From Caldivirga maquilingensis IC-167 (GTDB lineage Archaea > Thermoproteota > Thermoprotei > Thermoproteales > Thermocladiaceae), in the NCBI RefSeq assembly GCF_000018305.1, contig NC_009954.1, forward strand, positions 1,680,001 through 1,712,000: a stretch of 32,000 nucleotides of DNA, given 5' to 3'. Positions within the stretch are counted from its first letter, which is position 1. The number at the start of each line of letters is the position of its first letter. Positions 17,559 to 25,593 of this stretch are shown in pieces. The notes beneath the pieces were generated by a model. That model was not told the origin of the DNA and searched no databases. It was given only the letters and a program-made list of their open reading frames with translations. A program made the position numbers and the translations under genes.

Positions 17559-18605
17559 TTAACCCATGAGACTGTCTAAACTATTAATTGACGTTAAGTT
17601 AACCAATTCCCTAAGCAACCTATCCTTATCACTGTCTTTGAGGAATGATGCCCTTATTGAGTTTTCAGCCAGCTTAACCATGTCAATGAGCCTTAAGCCC
17701 TGCCCTTCATACACAGCGATGTAATTATCAAGTATGTAACCACCGAAGTACGCTGGGTCATCTGAATTAATCGTCACCGCTATGCCTGCATCCAGCGCCC
17801 TCTTCACCGGTACATCTAATATGCTGTTGAAGTACTTAATCCTAAGGGTGGTTAATGGACACATATTCACTGGTATGCCCTTCTCCGCAATAAGCTTAAT
17901 CAGTGATTCATCCTCAAAGGCATGGTAACCGTGGTCAATCCTCCTAGCATTAAGCACATTGATGGCTTCCCAAACATACTCAGCTGGGGCCTCCTCACCA
18001 GCATGGGCCACTGGTATTAGGCCATTATCCACAGCAATCCTATAGGCATTCCTGAACTTGGATGGTGGATTACCGTACTCCTTAGAGTCTAGGCAAATAC
18101 CAATGATCCACCCATCACCAACCCCACCCCTATACTTCAAAGCTTCCTGAAGCACACTAATACCATCATCCTCAGGTAGATCCCTTAGTAGGCACATTAT
18201 GTAGTCAATGGACATTCTAAGATTCTCCATGGCCCATGCTGCGGCGTCGTGAAGACCTAGGATAACATCACTTAGGTTAACACCCCTCCTCAAGTGGGCC
18301 TGTGGATCAAAGAATACCTCAGCCCTCCTAACCCCATCCTGGTGAGCCCTCTTGAAGTACGCCAACGCAAGATCCCTGAAGTCATCCCTATCAACCAACA
18401 CGCTCATACCACTGTAGTATATGTTTAAGAAGCTTTGAAGATCATTGAACCTGTACGCATTCCTAATTCCACCCACGCTTCGATACGGTATCTTCACCCC
18501 ATTCTCCTCAGCCTTACTCATGATCATTTCAGGCTCCAGTGTACCCTCAATGTGAACATGAAGCTCAGCCTTCGGCATTACCCTGAGGAAATCAACAATA
18601 CCCAT
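17559..18605 (-). CDS. add: adenosine/adenine deaminase family protein (Add/ADE type)
   Basis: 348 aa. PKAELHVHIEGTLEPE, HAGE, RIDHG and TINSDDPAYFG are the canonical metal and catalytic motifs of this family. TATA ATTTAAAAATA lies about 25 nt upstream. Confidence 0.85.
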   Translation of the reverse strand: MGIVDFLRVMPKAELHVHIEGTLEPEMIMSKAEENGVKIPYRSVGGIRNAYRFNDLQSFLNIYYSGMSVLVDRDDFRDLALAYFKRAHQDGVRRAEVFFDPQAHLRRGVNLSDVILGLHDAAAWAMENLRMSIDYIMCLLRDLPEDDGISVLQEALKYRGGVGDGWIIGICLDSKEYGNPPSKFRNAYRIAVDNGLIPVAHAGEEAPAEYVWEAINVLNARRIDHGYHAFEDESLIKLIAEKGIPVNMCPLTTLRIKYFNSILDVPVKRALDAGIAVTINSDDPAYFGGYILDNYIAVYEGQGLRLIDMVKLAENSIRASFLKDSDKDRLLRELVNLTSINSLDSLMG

Positions 18606-18671
18606 ATTGACATGCTTAATTAATATTTTTAAATTTTCCCGTTACGTATTCAAAATTATTATATTAATCAA

Positions 18672-20087
18672 CTATATGTTTAAGACAAGGTCATGCGGCT
18701 CAACCTCACCCCTACCTGACTCGGTCACAATCATGAACCTGCCCTTAACCCTTGCCTCAGCGGTATTAGATGCACCAATGTAGCCTAAGGCTGCCTGGAT
18801 CCCACCCACGAACTCCCTCACTATGTTGGCTAAGTCACCCCTATAGGGTACTAGGCCTTCAACACCCTCCTCAATATTCTTAACCTTGGGTGCGTACCTA
18901 TCCATGGCGAACCTCCTTGCCCTAGCACCCTCACTGGCCATGCCCCTATAGTACTTGTACAGCCTATTACCAACCCTTATTATTGGGCTCGGGGACTCCG
19001 TGGCCTGCGCAAACACCCTACCCATCATTGCGGCCCATGCCCCAGCAGCCATGGCCTTAACCACATCACCAGGCTCCCTAATACCCCCATCAGCTATAAT
19101 CGGTGTACTGCCTAAACCATAATCAAGTGCCGCATCAGCCACTTGGGCAACAGCCCATAATGTTGGTGCAGCGACACCGGTAACAACCCCTGTACTGCAT
19201 ATTGAACCACTGGCTATTCCAACCCTGAATCCACCAATTGGGTCAACCCTGGTTATTGCATCAACGGCGCCATCATAGGTGCCTAGGTTACCCACAATCA
19301 CGTCCACTGGGGTTTCCTTAACCAACTTAGCTAATGCGGTTAAGGCATTTTCATTATCCACATGGGCCACGTCTACGACCAGGAAGTCTGCGTATTTGCT
19401 TACTTTAACCGCCCTCTCCACATCAAATGGGGATACTGCGGCACCAACAATAAGCCTCCCCTCACCATCAGTGGCTGGTTTAAAGGGTGGTTTATAGTTT
19501 AAGTCATAGTATGAGGCGATGCCGATGAATACATTATCCTTATCCACTAAGGCCACGGTATCCGTACCATTCTCCCTCATTATTTTAACCAACTCATCAC
19601 CACTAGACCCCACTGGAGCCATTACTGGCTTCTCAGCTAGCTCAATCAACCTACCACCAGTCAATAACCTGGACCTCCTAATATACCCAATCACCCTACC
19701 CTCGTCAACAATGGGTAGGGTATCGAGGTTAAGCCTCCTTAACTCAGCCATAGCCTCCTCACTGCTCATTAATGGATTCAGTGAAAATGGGATTACTGGG
19801 TATGGTGAAGCATCCTTAACAGCCTTAACGGCGTTAACCTCATCGTTAATAGTCATGTTCCTGTGAATAACACCTACACCACCCAGCCTGGCTAGGGCTA
19901 TGGCTAATGCATCCTCCGTCACAGTATCCATTGGTGATGAAACCAATGGTATGTTTATTGAAACACTTCTAGACACCTTGGTCGATGTATCAATGCTTAT
20001 TGGATCCAGGGTAGCCTTACCTGGCAATAGAACTACGTCATTAAATGTTACCGCTAATCCCTTGATAGGAATCTTCTCCCTAAACAT
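18672..20087 (-). CDS. guaB: IMP dehydrogenase with CBS pair
   Basis: LTFNDVVLLPG-type N-terminus (GLAVTFNDVVLLPGKA), catalytic loop GIASGSICSTGVVTG, and two CBS-like segments. I moved the start from the track's 20147 to the ATG at 20087 (MFREKIPIKG...). A TATA box (TTTATAA, 20110-20116) sits 26 nt upstream of it, and the extra 20 codons overlap CRISPR-repeat-derived sequence. Confidence 0.9.
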   Translation of the reverse strand: MFREKIPIKGLAVTFNDVVLLPGKATLDPISIDTSTKVSRSVSINIPLVSSPMDTVTEDALAIALARLGGVGVIHRNMTINDEVNAVKAVKDASPYPVIPFSLNPLMSSEEAMAELRRLNLDTLPIVDEGRVIGYIRRSRLLTGGRLIELAEKPVMAPVGSSGDELVKIMRENGTDTVALVDKDNVFIGIASYYDLNYKPPFKPATDGEGRLIVGAAVSPFDVERAVKVSKYADFLVVDVAHVDNENALTALAKLVKETPVDVIVGNLGTYDGAVDAITRVDPIGGFRVGIASGSICSTGVVTGVAAPTLWAVAQVADAALDYGLGSTPIIADGGIREPGDVVKAMAAGAWAAMMGRVFAQATESPSPIIRVGNRLYKYYRGMASEGARARRFAMDRYAPKVKNIEEGVEGLVPYRGDLANIVREFVGGIQAALGYIGASNTAEARVKGRFMIVTESGRGEVEPHDLVLNI

Positions 20088-20108
20088 TATCCCCCATCCA
20101 TAGTACCC

Positions 20109-20118
20109 CTTATAAACA
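20109..20118 (-). promoter_or_regulatory. guaB TATA box
   Basis: Minus-strand TGTTTATAAG is centred 26 nt upstream of the ATG at 20087. Other genes in the window show the same geometry. Confidence 0.5.
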
Positions 20119-20149
20119 TATTGAGTTACTTCACATTCTAATCCCATTT

Positions 20150-20374
20150 CTTTCTAATCCCTCTTGGGATTTTCCATTCCCCTACTCCATAACAACCGTG
20201 AGGGGTTTGATTAATCTTTCTAATCCCTCTTGGGATTTTCTTAATTATTAAGTCTTTATCCTTAATTTTTTAATTCGAATTCCCTTTCTAATCCCTCTTG
20301 GGATTTTCTGGATTGATTTAAGCGGTAACGGTTACAATGCAGTATTCGTCTTTCTAATCCCTTTTGGGATTTTC
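20150..20374 (-). CRISPR. orphan mini-CRISPR array, 4 repeats / 3 spacers
   Basis: The 25-nt repeat CTTTCTAATCCCTCTTGGGATTTTC occurs at 20150-20174, 20216-20240, 20284-20308 and 20350-20374; the last copy has C>T at 20363. Spacers are 41, 43 and 41 nt and unrelated to each other. The reverse complement GAAAATCCCAAGAGGGATTAGAAAG resembles the crenarchaeal ...ATTGAAAG repeat family, so the crRNA strand is minus and the leader is on the high-coordinate side. A partial repeat TTCTAATCCC sits at 20136-20145, at the trailer end. Confidence 0.9.
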
Positions 20375-20384
20375 TGAGCTATCA

Positions 20385-20404
20385 GCTTTTTTAGGTTTTT
20401 TAAG
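20385..20404 (-). promoter_or_regulatory. candidate leader promoter of the CRISPR array (two overlapping TATA-like boxes)
   Basis: The minus strand reads CTTAAAAAACCTAAAAAAGC, centred 16-25 nt upstream of the first (leader-proximal) repeat, which starts at 20374. Confidence 0.4.
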
Positions 20405-20432
20405 TTTTTCTTCATGGTTTGCTTTGTTTATC

Positions 20433-20514
20433 ATTGGCACAACCATTCCGCTATTCCTCACCCCCACATTCCTGTGCTGATGGTGGAATGAAGCCCCCTA
20501 ATGGTTGTGCTAAT
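20433..20514. repeat. 15-bp inverted repeat flanking a 52-nt core in the thyX-CRISPR intergenic region
   Basis: ATTGGCACAACCATT (20433-20447) pairs with AATGGTTGTGCTAAT (20500-20514), 15 bp including one G-T/G-U position. Similarity continues in degenerate form for about 6 more nt on each side. Confidence 0.6.
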
Positions 20515-20645
20515 TGAAAGAAATGAAGAATGATAATGAAACTGTGCCGATGGTAATATATAGAATATATATTTGACTCAATGAAGGGAGATAAGAACCA
20601 TGAATAAGGATGAACGCTGTAATAGCATAGGATTTAGGCTTGAAT

Positions 20646-21410
20646 TTACTCGCTCATTAATCTTCTTAGTTCATTTGGAATCTGAATACCCCATTCTTCA
20701 AAGGCTGAATATACGCTTATATACCTTGGATCGCTGGAGCCGTATTTCTTCCTCAATTCCTCAATGTAATTGGGATTCACCATTCTTTTAGCGTAGCCGA
20801 TGTTATAGTCTGGGTGGAGTCTGGGTAAGTTATCCCAAGTCCACTTGGCGGTGATTGGGAATTTATCCAGTATGCTGTTGAACATGAGCCAGGCTATTAG
20901 GCGTAGTTCACTGTATGCTCCTAGGCCAGTCCTGAGGGGTAGGAAGTTTATGAGGAATTCACGCATATTCATGCTAACCCAAATCCTCTGGGCTAGTGCA
21001 TTGGGTAGTATTAACCTGGCGTAATCAATATCAGTACTGTTTAGTAATTCACTATACGTCTTAATTAAGCCCTCCAGGATTGGGGTGAGTTTATTAATGA
21101 GGCTTGGTGGAATTATGAACCTTAAGTTACCTGGCCGTGAGTAATCCACGAACCTGGTGGATTCCTGCCAGTACGACGCTAACCTATGCCTAACAAGCTC
21201 ATGTGTACAAGCCCTAGAACACTCAATAAGCCACTGGGCGCCAAGGAACTCAAGCACATTATGATGCCCATACTTCAGGAGGAGGTTAATCCTCCTCTCA
21301 AGGGCCATTTTATTACCATGCCTATACAGGATATTGGGCATTTCAGCAATATCGGTTTCACTACCCCATGTTCTAATTAATTGAACTGAAGGCTTAATCA
21401 ACTGCATCAA
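20646..21410 (-). CDS. thyX: flavin-dependent thymidylate synthase ThyX
   Basis: 254 aa with the ThyX signature RHR-x7-S (ELVRHRLASYWQESTR). TATA CTTTATATAAG lies about 26 nt upstream. Confidence 0.9.
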   Translation of the reverse strand: MMQLIKPSVQLIRTWGSETDIAEMPNILYRHGNKMALERRINLLLKYGHHNVLEFLGAQWLIECSRACTHELVRHRLASYWQESTRFVDYSRPGNLRFIIPPSLINKLTPILEGLIKTYSELLNSTDIDYARLILPNALAQRIWVSMNMREFLINFLPLRTGLGAYSELRLIAWLMFNSILDKFPITAKWTWDNLPRLHPDYNIGYAKRMVNPNYIEELRKKYGSSDPRYISVYSAFEEWGIQIPNELRRLMSE

Positions 21411-21544
21411 CTACTATTTCCCCACCGCTTATATAAAGTAATCACGGGAATTCTAAGGTATTTTTTCCCATTAATAAAATAATATTAAGTAGGCTTGAGT
21501 ATTCTTGGAGAAACTTTAAATACGCATTACTATGAATTAAAGAC

Positions 21545-23413
21545 ATGAGGTTAAGCGGCATAGTTGTAGTAATGGTAGTATTGGTGGTATTAATAATTGG
21601 TTTAGGCGTTGTGTTAACTCACGTTAAGAGTCATGGCGCTGTGGCAGGTGGTTTAAACCTAGGTAACTGCACCTTCCCCAGTATAATTAACCCAACGCTT
21701 CCATATAATACACCACCCTCAGCCTCATATCTACTACTCAGTAATTGGGTTAACATGAGTGCCTTAATATCCACTGGGTTCCCTATTTTCGGATTAAGTC
21801 AAAGCGGTGGGTTGGTTACAATGCCAACATCATTGAGGTGGCTTTTAATTAAGGGGATTGGGCTAGTTAACGTAAGCCTATACGTTGAGAACCTGGGTAG
21901 TATTCGCAACGCCTACCTCACGTTAAATAACTCTATTGTTATAAAGGGTACTAATGGGTGGGTTGAATTCACCATGCCCCCATACACTAACGCTGTTTTA
22001 ATTACTCAAAATTCAACGGTGCCGTTGAGTTACGTTATTGAGGCTATAGGTAATTATAGTTATGGGCCAATTAAGGATGGTGTGGTTATTATTGGTGAAC
22101 CAAACATAACCGTTTACTCACCTGGCTCCTCATTCAGTGTCAGCGTAATGTATAAGTCGATTCAAGTCACAGTGAAGGCTAGTGGATTCAGTTACATTGA
22201 GTTAATGATTAATAATCACCCTGATCCTCCCCAGTACTTACTTAGTATTAATAATGAGGAGGTTGAGTCATGGCTCATGAAGTCAAGGAAACCGAACCTA
22301 AGTGGTTGCCTACTTAATGAATACTACTTAAGCCTACTCCTGATTAAGGATTCCCAAAGCCCAATAACCGGTGGCTTCGCTGCATCGCCTGAACCAATTT
22401 ACCTATACACCTGGGTTAGGGACTCCTCCTTCGCCGCCATGGCTCTTCAGGAGTCAGGACATTATAATTCAGCAGCGGAGTACTGGCTTTGGATGGCTAA
22501 GGCTCAGAATAATTCAGGGGCTTGGTTCACTAGGTATAGTTTCTTTAACGGGAACCCTGACTACGGGTACGGTATACCTGAATACGATAGTGTCGGGTTG
22601 TTTCAAATAGGGGTTTACCAGTACTACGAGTTGACTCATAATGAATCCTTCATAAATGAGGTAATCCCTGCGGTGAATAAGTCACTGAACTGGGAGTATA
22701 GGGTGATTAATAATACTGGACTCATACCCCAGGACTTAAGCATATGGGAGGACCTATACGCCTACAATTTCTGGACCCAGGGAGTGGACTTGGATGGGTT
22801 AGTGGCGTCGTATAGACTCTACAGTGAGTTAGGGTATGATGCATCATGGATACTGGCTATGATTAATGAATTGAATAATACGATTCAACACGATTTTTAC
22901 CTTGATGGATGCTACGTTAGGGCACTGGAGCCGAGTGAGGTTTACTACCAGGGTAAGACTCAGATTACTTTAGTACCAACCAGTGTAATCTATGATTCAT
23001 CAGTAATACTTCCCATTGACCTCGGGTTACTAAACCCCTCAAGCAGTAGGGCGGTTAATGCCGTTGACTGCGTTATTAGTAATTTATGGAATAGTAAGGT
23101 GGGTGGTTTAGCTAGGTATACTGGTGATATTTACCATTACGCAGCCTACCTCTACGACAGTAGCGGAGAGGAGCCACCCTGGGTTATAACCACTCTCTTC
23201 CTAGCCCTATACTATGAGGAGTTGGGGAATTACACAGCATCCTTAAATTTAATGAATTGGGCAATCAACCACACTGAATACGGTCTACTACCTGAGGCCA
23301 TTGACCCCAATTACGGTAACCCACTTCCATCAACGTCCCCATTAGTTTGGTCGGCCGCAATGTACGTTATAACGGCGCTTAATTATAATCAAACCAACGT
23401 AAACCACGGCTAA
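21545..23413 (+). CDS. glycoside hydrolase family 15 (glucoamylase/glucodextranase/trehalase-like), N-terminal membrane anchor
   Basis: 622 aa. The N-terminal hydrophobic helix is IVVVMVVLVVLIIGLGVVL. GH15 blocks are YTWVRDSSFAAMAL, IWEDLYAYNFWTQG and GLLPEAIDP. About 16 N-x-S/T sequons (counted by eye) suggest an exported glycoprotein. Confidence 0.85.
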   Translation: MRLSGIVVVMVVLVVLIIGLGVVLTHVKSHGAVAGGLNLGNCTFPSIINPTLPYNTPPSASYLLLSNWVNMSALISTGFPIFGLSQSGGLVTMPTSLRWLLIKGIGLVNVSLYVENLGSIRNAYLTLNNSIVIKGTNGWVEFTMPPYTNAVLITQNSTVPLSYVIEAIGNYSYGPIKDGVVIIGEPNITVYSPGSSFSVSVMYKSIQVTVKASGFSYIELMINNHPDPPQYLLSINNEEVESWLMKSRKPNLSGCLLNEYYLSLLLIKDSQSPITGGFAASPEPIYLYTWVRDSSFAAMALQESGHYNSAAEYWLWMAKAQNNSGAWFTRYSFFNGNPDYGYGIPEYDSVGLFQIGVYQYYELTHNESFINEVIPAVNKSLNWEYRVINNTGLIPQDLSIWEDLYAYNFWTQGVDLDGLVASYRLYSELGYDASWILAMINELNNTIQHDFYLDGCYVRALEPSEVYYQGKTQITLVPTSVIYDSSVILPIDLGLLNPSSSRAVNAVDCVISNLWNSKVGGLARYTGDIYHYAAYLYDSSGEEPPWVITTLFLALYYEELGNYTASLNLMNWAINHTEYGLLPEAIDPNYGNPLPSTSPLVWSAAMYVITALNYNQTNVNHG

Positions 23414-23597
23414 TCAATACTTGGGGCAAATGTTAAGTGAATGTAAGTTAACGTTTTCACTGAGCCATAGTTGAAGTAATAGTCACAGGTACTGCGTCCA
23501 CTGCGGTTTAGTTAAGAGGATCTCTGTGATGTAATTATCATTAGTAAATACAGGTTGAAGCACGGTATCCTTATGATAATTATGCAGTAATAGTAAT

Positions 23598-25568
23598 TTA
23601 AGTAAGCTTAATCTCACTGCACTTACCATTACCGTATACTATTGCCTTACTATACCCTGGAGCCCTCAGTACTGATTCATTACGCTCAATTACCCTCCCG
23701 TCACGTAGCCTAATGCTTCCATTACCGTAGATTCTTAAATCATGAGTAGCGGGTATTATTGAATTCTCCCTAATGAATAATGGGAATTCCCTACTACTCT
23801 CAATCCACACCGGCCCCTTATACTCCTCGCAACTCCACCAATCAGTCCAATTACCCTTAGGTAGGTAAACCCTCCTTGATTCACCATATATCTGAGGCGC
23901 ATAGAGTAAGCTGCTGCCAACCATGTATTCATCAATAATGTGGTATGCGTCTTCATCATCCTGGAAATGGTATACTAATGGTCTAATTAATGGGTGCCCA
24001 GTCTCATGAGCCTCACTGGCTAGGGCTAGTAGATATGGCATAAGGCTCCTCCTTAACTCAATAACCCTCTTAACTGCATTAGCGTAATCACTCCTAAGCA
24101 TGTAAGGTTCCCTATCTGGATTACTGCTTGTATGAACCCTGAAGAGTGGGAAGAATAAGGCAGCCCTATAATACTTCACAAGTAATTCGCCTTGATCTGA
24201 ATAAGGCCTATACCTTCTTGAATCACCCCTACCTATGAATCCACCTATATCGCATCCGAAGAATGGTACACCTGATAGGCTCATTGATTCCATTAACTGC
24301 AGTTGAAGTAACACGTCATCCTGCGATGGAGTGTTGTCGGCTGACCAGAGGAAGGCGTACTTCTGAATACCTGCGTAGCCGGCCCTGGATAATATGAATG
24401 GTTTATCGTGCCCAGCCCTCTTAAGGCCTTCGTACGTTGCCATTGCTTGGAAGTATGGGTACGCATTCCTAGCTAACTCATGCCTAATCCTCCTACCATC
24501 ATCAAGCCTATGTAACGTACCCCTATCAATAGACCACTCCCTCTCCTTAACGTAGTCTGTTGGTTCATTCATGTCTAGCCAAATACCATCAACACCATAC
24601 TCCCTAACCCAACGCTCAATGAGGCTAGCCCACCACTCCCTAGCCTCCTTATTAAAGAAGTCTGGGAAAACAACGGTACCAGGCCATCCTCTACCGGTGT
24701 ATAATTCACCATTGGGTGTTTCGCAGTATTTCCCTAGGCCACTTATGAATACTTCATAATTCTGATCAAGCTTAACCCAGTGATCAATAATAGTAACTAG
24801 CCTAACACCCCTATCGTGAAGATTCTCTGTTAATTGCCTTGGATTAGGGAACTTAACTCTATCCCACGTGAATGTTTTACTGGAATCCATGTACTGTAGG
24901 TCAAGGTATACTGCGGCTGGTTTAGCACTGAATTTATCGTACTCATCAATAATCCTAATAACCATGTCCTGGGGCTCGTAGCCGCAGCATCTTGATATTT
25001 GGTAGTCAAGGGCCCAGTCAGGTGGGTCAAGGGGCTTACCTGTTATGCTGGTGTAGTTCTCAATAACCCTCTCTATACTGGGTCCCTTAATTAAGTATAA
25101 TTCAACATCATTATGGGGAATGAGTACGGTAACCTCATCATACTTAGTTAAGCCAGTATCAATTATTAACTCCGCTGGTGAATTTACGAAGAGGCCTACG
25201 GCTTCACCATTCCTAACACTTATGAGGAATGGTATTGATGCGTAGAGTGGGTCACTGTACCAGTTATATGGGGCTGGGGCTGAGGCGTCAAGATTCCACA
25301 TCCTAACCCTAATCCTCCTCCTATCAAGTTCAAAGGCCTTCTCACCAAGCCCGAGTACATGCTCCCTGAGGTCAAGGTCCTTACTTACAATTAACCTACC
25401 ACCCTCCTCTCTAATCCTTATTAAGTGGTCGAGAAGCCTAATCTCATGACTTAACCCCTCATATTCATTAATAATTCTCTCAGCCTTATATTCAAAGTTA
25501 ACTATGGGTCTTGGTTCATTAATTAATATTCTGAATGCTGACTCATTCTCCTCAATAATAATCCTCAT
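23598..25568 (-). CDS. glycoside hydrolase family 31 (alpha-glucosidase / alpha-xylosidase)
   Basis: 656 aa. GH31 catalytic-nucleophile block DGIWLDMNEP, plus WSADN and GCDIGGF blocks. No signal sequence. Confidence 0.9.
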   Translation of the reverse strand: MRIIIEENESAFRILINEPRPIVNFEYKAERIINEYEGLSHEIRLLDHLIRIREEGGRLIVSKDLDLREHVLGLGEKAFELDRRRIRVRMWNLDASAPAPYNWYSDPLYASIPFLISVRNGEAVGLFVNSPAELIIDTGLTKYDEVTVLIPHNDVELYLIKGPSIERVIENYTSITGKPLDPPDWALDYQISRCCGYEPQDMVIRIIDEYDKFSAKPAAVYLDLQYMDSSKTFTWDRVKFPNPRQLTENLHDRGVRLVTIIDHWVKLDQNYEVFISGLGKYCETPNGELYTGRGWPGTVVFPDFFNKEAREWWASLIERWVREYGVDGIWLDMNEPTDYVKEREWSIDRGTLHRLDDGRRIRHELARNAYPYFQAMATYEGLKRAGHDKPFILSRAGYAGIQKYAFLWSADNTPSQDDVLLQLQLMESMSLSGVPFFGCDIGGFIGRGDSRRYRPYSDQGELLVKYYRAALFFPLFRVHTSSNPDREPYMLRSDYANAVKRVIELRRSLMPYLLALASEAHETGHPLIRPLVYHFQDDEDAYHIIDEYMVGSSLLYAPQIYGESRRVYLPKGNWTDWWSCEEYKGPVWIESSREFPLFIRENSIIPATHDLRIYGNGSIRLRDGRVIERNESVLRAPGYSKAIVYGNGKCSEIKLT

Positions 25569-25593
25569 GCGCCTCTTAGGCTATGTACACCTT

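Noticed and set aside
20088-20147. The 20-codon N-terminal extension of guaB (MGLECEVTQYVYKGYYGWGI) from the longest-ORF call.
   Set aside because: It overlaps the guaB TATA box and repeat-derived sequence. The IMPDH-like sequence begins at the ATG at 20087, which has correct promoter spacing.
20422-20437. CTTTGTTTATCATTGG, about one spacer length beyond repeat 4, as a possible eroded fifth CRISPR repeat.
   Set aside because: Only about a third of positions match without arbitrary gaps, and the spacing (72 nt) is off relative to 66-68 nt. This cannot be distinguished from chance.
20500-20520. AATGGTTGTGCTAATTGAAAG ends in ATTGAAAG, the canonical 3' handle sequence of many crenarchaeal CRISPR repeats. 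I considered a second, oppositely oriented CRISPR locus.
   Set aside because: There is only one copy, plus an inverted degenerate copy rather than a direct one, and no regular spacing. An 8-mer is expected about once by chance in 64 kb of two-strand sequence. It is reported as part of the inverted-repeat element instead.
20600-20791. 63-aa plus-strand ORF starting in the leader-like region.
   Set aside because: Most of it is antisense to the well-supported thyX 3' end. The translation is low-quality, and no promoter or family signal was seen.
23414-23597. GTGATGT and ATGATAA box-like sequences between GH15 and GH31, as a possible C/D box sRNA.
   Set aside because: No properly spaced CUGA D/D' boxes or terminal stem on either strand.
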